Source: Lentisphaeria bacterium
GTDB lineage: Bacteria > Verrucomicrobiota > Lentisphaeria > JABSQK01 > JAWLHB01
Direction: 5' to 3'
NCBI GenBank assembly: GCA_041690595.1
Contig: JAWLHB010000020.1
Location: 1 to 64,000, forward strand
Length of the DNA stretch: 64,000 nucleotides
A program made the translations under genes and the position numbers. A model generated the notes under the pieces. It was not told where the DNA came from. It saw nothing but the letters and a program-made list of their open reading frames with translations, and did not search any database. Positions 30,083-38,453 of this stretch are shown in pieces. How positions within the stretch are numbered: the stretch's first letter is position 1; each line of letters begins with the position of its first letter.

Positions 30083-30730
30083 TCAGATCCCTTTGCCCTC
30101 GAGCATCGTTCGCACGGAACGATAGAGGATCGAGAGGTCGAAGAGGAGCAGGCCGAGCGGTGACTTGGTGCGATAGGCCTCGATGTACTCCAGGTCGAGC
30201 TTGGTGCTGTCCAGATTCTTGCCTTTGCAGCATTGCACGAGGCCGGTGAGACCGCAGGGAATGACGCCCTTGGTGTTGTAGCCCTGGCGGCGCTGTGCAT
30301 GCCAGTCTTCCTCCGGCCAGGGACGCGGGCCGATGAAGCTCATGTCGCCGCGCAGAATGTTGAGAAGCTGCGGCAGTTCATCGAGGTAGAAATCACGCAA
30401 CCAGCGCCCGGTCCAGGTAAGATTCTGGTTGTCTCTTTCGAGGAGCTTGACGGTTTTGAGCCCTTCCGGAGATTCGCGGCGCGCCTTGATCAGGGGCTGT
30501 TTCACGGTGCGAAACTTCAGAATGGTGAAGAGACGGCCGCGGCTGATGCGTGGTTCATGATAAAAGAGGGGGCCACGGTCGGCGGGCCGCAGGAGAAAGT
30601 CGATCGCGGTGACCACGAGGAGGAGCATCCAGATGGGGCTGGAGACGACCAGGAAGGTCAGACTGAAGATAATGTCCATGACGCGCTTCGAGGTGCGGAT
30701 CGGATAGGGGGTGTCGGCTGGAATCAGCAT
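30083..30730 (-). CDS. Bacterial sugar transferase (polyprenyl phosphoglycosyl transferase)
   Basis: KR..DI, KFRT, LDELPQL.NIL.GDMSFIGPRP and GLTGL.Q motifs. Confidence 0.92.
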   Translation of the reverse strand: MLIPADTPYPIRTSKRVMDIIFSLTFLVVSSPIWMLLLVVTAIDFLLRPADRGPLFYHEPRISRGRLFTILKFRTVKQPLIKARRESPEGLKTVKLLERDNQNLTWTGRWLRDFYLDELPQLLNILRGDMSFIGPRPWPEEDWHAQRRQGYNTKGVIPCGLTGLVQCCKGKNLDSTKLDLEYIEAYRTKSPLGLLLFDLSILYRSVRTMLEGKGI

Positions 30731-30731
30731 G

Positions 30732-31739
30732 TCAACCGCGCAGGATTGCCTGCCACTCCGCGATCCTGGCGGGGGCGACAGCGCTTTCGAAGATGTGGCG
30801 GCCGGCGTCGGTAATCGTCGCGTCGATGGCCGTGGTGAGGATCGTGCAGCGCATGGTCATGACCCAGGATTCGGTCAGCGATCGGACCAGGTCGCTGGCC
30901 TCGATCGGGTGACCGAGCTCATGGCGATACGCCTCCAGCGTCGCGCGACAGCCGGCCCAGTCAATCTCCACCTTCGGGTTGGCTTCGCGTTGGGTTTTCT
31001 CTGACGGCTGGAGCAGCACGCGGGACGGCCAGTCGATGAAGGCGGAATGGGTCAGAAAGTATGCCAGGTCGAAGGTGGGGACGTTGAGATGACAATCTTC
31101 CCAGTCGCAGATGCCGCTGATTCGGCCCTGATCCCAGATGAGATTGTACTGATGCACGTCGCCATGGATGGGCTGCAGGGGATCGATCCGGGGTACAGCC
31201 AGCAGCTCGTTGACACGCGCGATGAAATTGACCATACCAGGGATATGTGCCCCATCGTTGGCCAGCAGCTTGAGCCACATGCTCATCCAGTTGGTGGTGG
31301 CGACGGTGCGACGGGCGTGCGGCGGCAGCGTCGCACTCGCGAGGTATCGATGCAGGCGTCCCAGGGATCTGCCGACCTCTTCATACTGGGCAGTCCGGGT
31401 GACGGCGCAACTCTCTCCCGGCAACCAGCCGATCAGTTCGAAAGCGCGCTCGCCGACTGTGACGAAAGCATCTCCACCGCGGGTGTGCAGGAGTGGCGGA
31501 ATGAACGCCAGGCGCGGTGCGGCAGGTTGCAGGTGGTGGTGGAACGTCCAGTCTTCCAGAGAAAGGTGGCCCGGCTTCTCGCGGAGGTGAAAGCCAAGGC
31601 TGCCCGTCGCCATCACCCGTACGCGCAGGTGATCGCCATACCACTTGGGGAGAGGCGCGAAATCCGTCCACGGCAGGTCGTAAGCCGACAGCACCTGGTG
31701 GATGAGGTCGCGCTCTTCGGATGTCATCACTGAACTCAT
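30732..31739 (-). CDS. APH / homoserine kinase II-like phosphotransferase
   Basis: IHGDVHQYN Brenner motif, DWED, DLA; start uncertain. Confidence 0.8.
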   Translation of the reverse strand: MSSVMTSEERDLIHQVLSAYDLPWTDFAPLPKWYGDHLRVRVMATGSLGFHLREKPGHLSLEDWTFHHHLQPAAPRLAFIPPLLHTRGGDAFVTVGERAFELIGWLPGESCAVTRTAQYEEVGRSLGRLHRYLASATLPPHARRTVATTNWMSMWLKLLANDGAHIPGMVNFIARVNELLAVPRIDPLQPIHGDVHQYNLIWDQGRISGICDWEDCHLNVPTFDLAYFLTHSAFIDWPSRVLLQPSEKTQREANPKVEIDWAGCRATLEAYRHELGHPIEASDLVRSLTESWVMTMRCTILTTAIDATITDAGRHIFESAVAPARIAEWQAILRG

Positions 31740-31838
31740 GCAGGCTCCGGCTGGTTGGAAAGCCCCGACTATACAGCCGTCGGCAGCCCGCTTCAATCTG
31801 GCGCGGGCGACACGGGGCCGCACGTGGAGCAGGGGGCT

Positions 31839-32138
31839 TCAGTTCAGGTGCATGAACTCGAGGCTGTGATCGGCAATATCGCAGTCGCGCATCTCTTCGA
31901 CCAGATCGACCACCTTGTCGAGCACCTGATTGGCAAAGCGTTGGTCGTTCGTGATGATGCAGACGCCGAGGCACGCATAATTCCACACATCCTGATCTTC
32001 AATCTCGGAGATGGAGACGTTGAACTTGTTCCGGACGCGGTCCTTGATGCGATTGAGCACCGACCGTTTCGCTTTCAGGGACATCGCGTCGGGGATATTC
32101 AGTTCGAGGGTGAGTAGTCCGATGAGCAAAAGCAGCAC
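31839..32138 (-). CDS. DUF503 (YlxP-like) protein
   Basis: SLKAKRSV...KFNVSISEI..QD.W. Confidence 0.9.
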   Translation of the reverse strand: MLLLLIGLLTLELNIPDAMSLKAKRSVLNRIKDRVRNKFNVSISEIEDQDVWNYACLGVCIITNDQRFANQVLDKVVDLVEEMRDCDIADHSLEFMHLN

Positions 32139-32287
32139 CTCACGATGGATTGGCGTCCTTGGTTATTGATATTTTACCGCAACTTCGGTATGTTAGCGAA
32201 TTGCCTTCGGCATGAAGTGCATTGAATCTGCCCGGATCTGGGGTTGTGCAAAAGCAAGATGATTAAAGATAATCGGAGGGGCCTTTC

Positions 32288-32779
32288 ATGAAAATGAGCG
32301 TGAAGTTAGTAGAAGCACTGAGCGATCAGGTGAACCGCGAGATGTACTCGTCGTACCTTTACCTGTCCATGTCCACCTACTGTGACGAACAGAACTACTC
32401 CGGCTGTCACCACTGGCTGGCGCTGCAGGCGTCAGAGGAGTGGGAGCATAGCCTTCGGCTGATCAAGTTTGCCTCCGCGAGGGAAGCGCGTCTGCATCTG
32501 AAGGCCATTGCGGAACCGCCGCGCGATTTCGGCAGCCTGCTGCAGCTTTTCAGCAATGTGGTGGAGCACGAGGAATTGGTGACGCGTCACATCCACGACC
32601 TCTATGAGCTGGCTTTGAGCGAAAAGGACTACTCGGCCCAGGTGGAGTTGCAGTGGTTTATCAAGGAGCAGGTCGAAGAAGAGAAGACGGCCAAGGAAAT
32701 CGCGGAGCATCTCAAGCGGGTGAAGGACAGCCCGCAGGGGCTGATCTCGATAGATCGCTGGCTCGCGCAGCGTCAATAG
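32288..32779 (+). CDS. ftnA: Non-heme ferritin
   Basis: E..S.YLY, EE..H, E, and LQWFI.EQVEEE ferroxidase motifs. Confidence 0.92.
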   Translation: MKMSVKLVEALSDQVNREMYSSYLYLSMSTYCDEQNYSGCHHWLALQASEEWEHSLRLIKFASAREARLHLKAIAEPPRDFGSLLQLFSNVVEHEELVTRHIHDLYELALSEKDYSAQVELQWFIKEQVEEEKTAKEIAEHLKRVKDSPQGLISIDRWLAQRQ

Positions 32780-32807
32780 CCTGACGCCTTGACGTCGTTA
32801 GTTGTCG

Positions 32808-32843
32808 AAGGACCGGCGCCCTCGTGGATGCCGGTCCTTTTTT
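32808..32843 (+). terminator. Rho-independent terminator after ferritin
   Basis: AAGGACCGGC...GCCGGTCCTT stem ending in a T run. Confidence 0.85.
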
Positions 32844-32991
32844 GTGACCGGATCACGGGATCATCTGGCATGGCAGTTGCTCATGATCTACCGGCTGTGG
32901 AATCGCCGTCAAGCAGGGCTCGACTGTAAAGGAGTCTTTACATGACGTGTGACAGTATTTCCGCACAGCCTCAGGATCAGGAGGACTCAAG

Positions 32992-33516
32992 TTGGATGCA
33001 ATGACTCAGCTTCATGTGCTGCTGCAGGTGGCGGCCGCAGCTCTGCTTGGGGGGCTGATCGGATTGGAACGTGAGTTTGCCCAGAAGGAAGCAGGGCTTC
33101 GCACGCACATGATCGTAGCGGCTACCGCGGCGCTGCTGGTGAGCATTGGCCAGGTCCTGGTTCGGGATTTCGAGGTGGGCGGGTTGCCGATTCGCAGTGA
33201 CCCGATTCGGCTCATCGACGCCATCGTCACCGGCATCAGCTTTCTGGGAGCCGGAACCATTATCCGCTCCAAGCAGGGGCAAGCCGTGCAGGGGCTGACC
33301 ACGGCTGCCTCGGTTCTGCTGAGCGCGTCGATCGGCATTGCCGTAGGCGTCGATCTGTGGGTTATCGGGGTGGGAGTCACCGTCCTCGCGCTGCTGGTGC
33401 TGCGCGGGCTGGTCATCGCCGAAGGGTACATGATGCGGCGCAGCCCAACCCTTCGGGAGAAGCTTGACGACCGGCCGGAGAGCAACGGGGACGCCCTGCG
33501 TGACTTGGATGACTGA
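32992..33516 (+). CDS. MgtC/SapB family membrane protein
   Basis: IGLERE...AGLRTH, GISFLGAG.I and GLTTAA motifs; start is TTG 32992 or ATG 33001. Confidence 0.92.
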   Translation: MDAMTQLHVLLQVAAAALLGGLIGLEREFAQKEAGLRTHMIVAATAALLVSIGQVLVRDFEVGGLPIRSDPIRLIDAIVTGISFLGAGTIIRSKQGQAVQGLTTAASVLLSASIGIAVGVDLWVIGVGVTVLALLVLRGLVIAEGYMMRRSPTLREKLDDRPESNGDALRDLDD

Positions 33517-33526
33517 TCGAGTCGGA

Positions 33527-34243
33527 CTAACCGAGCCGAGTCATGTGCAGGCCACCGTCGACCGGAATGATGGCGCCGGTGATGGTTTCCGCCTCGGCGA
33601 GAAAGAGGCAGGTGCGGGCAATCTCCGCGGGTGAACTCTCCTGCTTCATGGGCACCTGATCGATCTGCAGGCGACGGGACTCCATGCTCATGTCCTCCGG
33701 AGCCAACGTCAATCCGGGGGCGACGGCGTTGACGCGGATGGTGGGAGCCCAGTCGAGAGCGCAGGCCAGGGTGAAATCGCGCAGGGCCATCTTGGCGATC
33801 GCATAGGCGCCGACATCGGGATTGATGCTGGCGACGCGTTGATCGAGAATGTTGACGATATTGCCGTGGCCGATATGGCGGGCAAAGTCGCGCATCAGTA
33901 CGAATGGCGCGAAGCAGTTGATGCGGAAAGTGCTCTCGATGGAGGCCAGGCTGTGGTCAATCAGGCGCTCGCGGGGGAACGTGCCGGCGCAGTTGATGAG
34001 ACAGTCCGGAGGATGGCCGGCGTCGATCAGGCGCTGGATCAGGCTCTCGAGTTGCGCGTCGTGATTCAGATCCGCCTGGATGCAGTGATGGCCGGCGCTT
34101 TCGCCGCCGAGCATGTCGAAGAGAATTCTGGCCGGAGACTCGGAGGTGCGGTAGTGGATGATGACCTGGTGGCCAGCATCGGCAAAGCTCCTGGCAATGA
34201 CCCTGCCGACTCGAATGCCGGCGCCGGTGATGAGGACCTTCAT
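33527..34243 (-). CDS. SDR oxidoreductase, pteridine reductase-like
   Basis: ITGAGIRVG, IHY..S, YAIAK, RVNAVAPG and VDGG motifs. Confidence 0.88.
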   Translation of the reverse strand: MKVLITGAGIRVGRVIARSFADAGHQVIIHYRTSESPARILFDMLGGESAGHHCIQADLNHDAQLESLIQRLIDAGHPPDCLINCAGTFPRERLIDHSLASIESTFRINCFAPFVLMRDFARHIGHGNIVNILDQRVASINPDVGAYAIAKMALRDFTLACALDWAPTIRVNAVAPGLTLAPEDMSMESRRLQIDQVPMKQESSPAEIARTCLFLAEAETITGAIIPVDGGLHMTRLG

Positions 34244-34267
34244 GGGAATCTCCGGGGTTGTATCTGG

Positions 34268-35416
34268 CTAGCTGCGTCTTGGCGCGGCTTGCCATGATCT
34301 GAGGCTGGCGGACTGGCGGCAGGCTTCCAGCAGGCGCTGTATGTGAACACCGTGACGAAGATCCGGCTGGGCAGGCTGACCCGTCGCGACGGCGGTGGCG
34401 AAGTTGGCCAGGCAATGCTGGTGACCGCGCATCCAGCCGATACTGCACTTGGGTGACGGGAAGCCGTTGGCGGGTTGAGGATAGCGCTGACCTGTCTCCA
34501 CCGCTGTCCAGCCCCGATTGCCGCCAAGCGGAGAGCCGGAGGCGCGCGTATCGAAGATCTCCAGTTGATGGGGGTGCATCAGGTTGAAACGGATGGCGCC
34601 CTTGGCACCGAAGATCTCGAAGCGCAGCTCGTCTTCCGTGCCGGTGGCCAGCTTGGTCGCGTTGATGGAGCCGAGCGCCCCATTGGGAAGGCGGGCCAGC
34701 ATCGTGACACTGTCCTCCGCATCGACTTCAACCATACGCTCTGGATCGTCGGCGCTTGGACGCCGCGGATAGGCAATGTGCGTAGAGACCATTAACTCGG
34801 CAAAGTCGCCGGTGAGCCACTCGAGAAGATCGATGACGTGGGATCCGAGATCCGCGATGACACCACCTCCGGCAGCGGCCGAGAGCTTCCACTTGAGCGG
34901 GGCAGTGGGGCTGACGCTACCGCTGTGATGGAAGGCGCCATGGAACTCCAGGATCTCCCCGAGGAAGCCTTCTTCAACCAGTTGCCGCGCCCGCATCGTG
35001 GCCGGAAAGAAGCGGCTCTGAAAGGTCATCTGCGAGATGCCGTGGTAATCGTCCAGTGCGGCCTCGATGGCAAGCGACTCGTCGAGGGTGGCGGTGAGAG
35101 GTTTGTCGCAGTAGATGTGCTTCTGGTGCGCCATGGCGGAGAGAAGCTGGTCGCGATGCAGATCGTTGGGCGAGCAGATGTGGACGATGTCGACAGCGGG
35201 GTTCTCGGTGATCTCGCGCCAGTTGGTGGTCGCGGTCTCGGCACCGATCAGGCGGCGTCCCGCTTCGGCGGTCTCGGCGCGGCTGGTACAGACGTGGGTG
35301 AGCCGGAACTCCGCGCCGGGAATGTCATAGAAGAAGGGAAGGTTGACGTAGCCGTACGCATGAACCTTGCCGATGAAGCCGAAGCCGATGAAGCCGACAT
35401 TGTAGGTCTTGGACAT
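34268..35416 (-). CDS. Gfo/Idh/MocA family oxidoreductase
   Basis: GFIGFGFIG, HIYCDKP and GG...DLGSH..D motifs; start set at ATG 35416. Confidence 0.9.
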   Translation of the reverse strand: MSKTYNVGFIGFGFIGKVHAYGYVNLPFFYDIPGAEFRLTHVCTSRAETAEAGRRLIGAETATTNWREITENPAVDIVHICSPNDLHRDQLLSAMAHQKHIYCDKPLTATLDESLAIEAALDDYHGISQMTFQSRFFPATMRARQLVEEGFLGEILEFHGAFHHSGSVSPTAPLKWKLSAAAGGGVIADLGSHVIDLLEWLTGDFAELMVSTHIAYPRRPSADDPERMVEVDAEDSVTMLARLPNGALGSINATKLATGTEDELRFEIFGAKGAIRFNLMHPHQLEIFDTRASGSPLGGNRGWTAVETGQRYPQPANGFPSPKCSIGWMRGHQHCLANFATAVATGQPAQPDLRHGVHIQRLLEACRQSASLRSWQAAPRRS

Positions 35417-35483
35417 GAAGAATACTTTCGCTGAGGGTTGCGGGAGGGTGGTACAGTAGCAGCGCCAGGTGGCGCTTGGCAAT

Positions 35484-36584
35484 TCAGGGGTGCGAGATCG
35501 GCTCGAGATCGGCCGGCAACAGAGGCTGGATGGCGGCGATCATCATGTCGACCGTGAGTTCATTCATACAGCGATTGCCGGCGACACAGTGGCGCTTGCC
35601 GCAGCCGGGATCGCAGCTTGCGCCGCGAATGGTAGTCAGCCGCTCCTCGCGAATAGGGCGCCAGATCTCCTCATGCGTCGGGCCGAAGATGGTGATGATC
35701 GGCAGGGTGGTGGCGGCGGCGAGATGCGTCGGGCCGGATTCGTTGCTGAAGAGCAGACTGGCGCTGGCGAAGAGGCCAAGGAGCTGCATCAGCGGGAGCG
35801 AAAGGAAGCCGGCCTGCTCTCGCGACTGCATGGCGCTGAGCACCGTCTCGCCAAGCGCGGCCTCGCCTGGAGTGCCGATGATGACGAGACGTCCACCGTA
35901 CTGCTGAAGCAGCCAGTCTCCCACCTGGGCAAAGCGTTCCGGCGGCCAGCAGCGCATCGGTGCGCCGGCTGATGGATGACAGACAAAGAGGGGTGCCGGC
36001 CTGGCGTCGCGAGGCGGTATCACCAGATCAACTGCCTGCATGGCGGATTCGATCGCCTCCTGTGGCGGCTGCAACGAGGTGAAGGGGGGCCGATAGCCAC
36101 TTGGCTTGCCGATGATGCCCAGCATCGCGCAGTAGCGATCGAACGCGTGCGGCAGGTCGGGGGCGGGAATCCTCATGGTGTAGCTCCAACTGCGCGGCGC
36201 ATCGGCGAAACCCACGCGGCGGCTGGCGAGATTGCAGAGCGTCAGCGTCGCGGCCCGGATGCCGGAGGTGAGATCGATCACCGCATCGTAGCGTCGCTGG
36301 AGCAGGCCGGCCATGAGACGCAGGGGGGCCAGATTCCGGCGGAGACCGCGCCGCTTCCTGGACTGGGCGGGGTAGGGGATCAGCCTCGCCTTTGGCAGGG
36401 CAAGGGTGGCCAAGTCTAAATATCGTTCGTCCACCAGCACATCGACATCGGACTGGAAGTAGTCCGCCAGCTCGCGCGCCACCGGCAGGGTGATCACCGT
36501 ATTGCCGAGGTGGTGATCGATCAGCAGAAGCAGGACCCGGCGGAGCGATGGAGGGAGTGTCGGAGGCATTTTGGTCGTGGACAT
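35484..36584 (-). CDS. Glycosyltransferase family 9 (LPS heptosyltransferase-like)
   Basis: HLGN...LP, RCWPPERF, NESGPTHLAAA and IFGPT motifs. Confidence 0.9.
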   Translation of the reverse strand: MSTTKMPPTLPPSLRRVLLLLIDHHLGNTVITLPVARELADYFQSDVDVLVDERYLDLATLALPKARLIPYPAQSRKRRGLRRNLAPLRLMAGLLQRRYDAVIDLTSGIRAATLTLCNLASRRVGFADAPRSWSYTMRIPAPDLPHAFDRYCAMLGIIGKPSGYRPPFTSLQPPQEAIESAMQAVDLVIPPRDARPAPLFVCHPSAGAPMRCWPPERFAQVGDWLLQQYGGRLVIIGTPGEAALGETVLSAMQSREQAGFLSLPLMQLLGLFASASLLFSNESGPTHLAAATTLPIITIFGPTHEEIWRPIREERLTTIRGASCDPGCGKRHCVAGNRCMNELTVDMMIAAIQPLLPADLEPISHP

Positions 36585-36674
36585 GGTGCTCGGGCAGCAG
36601 CTGAAGGATGTTGCGGAAAAGCCTTTACTTTAGGCCGAAGCAGGCTGAAGGCAAACAGCGCCGTCTGAAGGTGA

Positions 36675-38453
36675 TCAATCGCCGAGGCGGGTCAGCTCGA
36701 GGTAATCGAGCATGATGCCGTCTTCGAGAGCGACAATGCCGATGTGCATGGGGCCGGCCGGCAGCTCCACGGTTTCGTGGACCGTGAGGACGTGCCATTG
36801 TCCGAACAACCCGCTGCTCAACTGGTACAGCCGCTCTCCAACCCGCAGGCCGACGCTGTTGCCGCAACCATCCCGCCAGTAGACGCGGGCGCTGAGGCGG
36901 AAGTTGCCCGCCCGCGGGATGTCGACCTCTCCAACGATGTCGGCATTGCCCTTGCCGCTGCCCTCGGGAATGTCGAGGGCATGATTGCCGGAAGTATCAT
37001 TGGCCGGAACGGCCTGCATGGGCTCGGCGAGGTTGAAGGCTTCGGCTTCCAGCCGCAAAGGGGGATCCGCAAGCTCCTGTCGCACAAGGACGACTCTCGG
37101 TCCCTCGTCGAGCGGCATGGCAGGGCTGGACTGCCAGAATGCGGCGGCACGCTGCAGGCGGGTTGTCTGATCGATCGGATGGCGTCGATCATTGATCGCC
37201 AGGGCCACAACGAGGGCGAGAATGCCGGCCGTCACGGGCAAGGCGAGTCGGCGCAAGGTAAGGGGATGCAACTGCGTTTGCAGCCGATGATGCGCCAGCC
37301 CGAGCAGGAGGCCGCTCCAGATGCCCAGACCCCGTCCGAGCACGGTGCAGAAGAGCGCGGCGAGGGCCAGGCCGATCATGGCGCCACCGACGCCTGCGGC
37401 GGTCAGCCTGTCGGCGTCGCTGCGCGGCAGGTACATGGCCGCATGCCAGACACCGAGCAGCATGACCGCGACCAGCGCCAGCATCGCGGGGAGGCCTGCT
37501 TCGACAAGGAGCACCAGGTATTGATTGTTACTCTCGCGAGGGACCTTGTTGTCTTCGGGATGCGGGATGACCGGCAGGCGCTGACGCAGGACATTGATCG
37601 CCTCCTTGTAATGGCCGAGGCCGCTGCCCAGCGGATAGACGGCGGGGGCGTCGAGCGCGGCCAGATACTCTATATTGAGCCGCTTGGGATGGGTGGCGTC
37701 GTAGTTGGGCGAGAGGGTGTGCCACGCATTCGGCGCGGGTTGAATAGCCGAAAGAACCAGCGCGAGCACCAGGGCCGGAACGAGAGTTTTGGCATGTCGC
37801 GGCTGCACGGCCCAGGCCGCCACCAGCACCGCGAGGCAGAGCGTCAGCAGGAGGCCGCCATTCTCGATCCGCATGGCCGCGATGAGCAGAACCAGGGCAT
37901 TGGCGAGCCAGCCCCAGCGGCCGAACCAGTGACTGGCGAAGGCGACGAAGAAGGGCAGGGTCAGCACCAGCAGCGTGGCATAGCGGGCTTCGCCCAGATT
38001 CCAGATCGGCGCCGTCAGGGGACCGCCGGAACCAATGGCCAGGAGGAGGATGCCCATCACGCCAATGGCGCTGCCGAGGAGGCGGCGCTGTTTCTCATCG
38101 GCCATCTGCCCGATCAACCAGGCTGCAATGAAGATCTCGCCGAGCTGCGCGATCTCCTTGAGCATCGCCGGTGCTTCGGCGCGGCTCATGCCGAGCAGTC
38201 CAATTATCAGCGTCGTCAGCAGCAAGGCATGTCCCCAGCTAATTCGCGGCCATTCCCGGCGGCGCCACCAGGCGACACAGTAGAGGAGCAGCGTGATGGC
38301 GAGCAGCACCGTGGACGGGGGAAGGGCAAGACCCCGAAGCTCACCGGTGGCGCTCATGCTCTGGCCGATGCCATAGTCGGTGTAGGCGGCAAGCAGGACC
38401 AGAATTGGCAGGACGATCATCCACGATGGCACTGGCGAATGGGCGTCCCTCAT
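36675..38453 (-). CDS. O-antigen ligase-like membrane protein with C-terminal carbohydrate-binding-like domain
   Basis: Many TM helices; PLGSGLGHY...NNQYLVLLVEAG Wzy_C-like motif; C-terminal LEAE jelly-roll. Confidence 0.7.
   Translation of the reverse strand: MRDAHSPVPSWMIVLPILVLLAAYTDYGIGQSMSATGELRGLALPPSTVLLAITLLLYCVAWWRRREWPRISWGHALLLTTLIIGLLGMSRAEAPAMLKEIAQLGEIFIAAWLIGQMADEKQRRLLGSAIGVMGILLLAIGSGGPLTAPIWNLGEARYATLLVLTLPFFVAFASHWFGRWGWLANALVLLIAAMRIENGGLLLTLCLAVLVAAWAVQPRHAKTLVPALVLALVLSAIQPAPNAWHTLSPNYDATHPKRLNIEYLAALDAPAVYPLGSGLGHYKEAINVLRQRLPVIPHPEDNKVPRESNNQYLVLLVEAGLPAMLALVAVMLLGVWHAAMYLPRSDADRLTAAGVGGAMIGLALAALFCTVLGRGLGIWSGLLLGLAHHRLQTQLHPLTLRRLALPVTAGILALVVALAINDRRHPIDQTTRLQRAAAFWQSSPAMPLDEGPRVVLVRQELADPPLRLEAEAFNLAEPMQAVPANDTSGNHALDIPEGSGKGNADIVGEVDIPRAGNFRLSARVYWRDGCGNSVGLRVGERLYQLSSGLFGQWHVLTVHETVELPAGPMHIGIVALEDGIMLDYLELTRLGD

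Noticed and set aside
32239..32285. Fur-like box upstream of ferritin (GATTA-AAGA-TAATC)
   Set aside because: Too short and degenerate to support.
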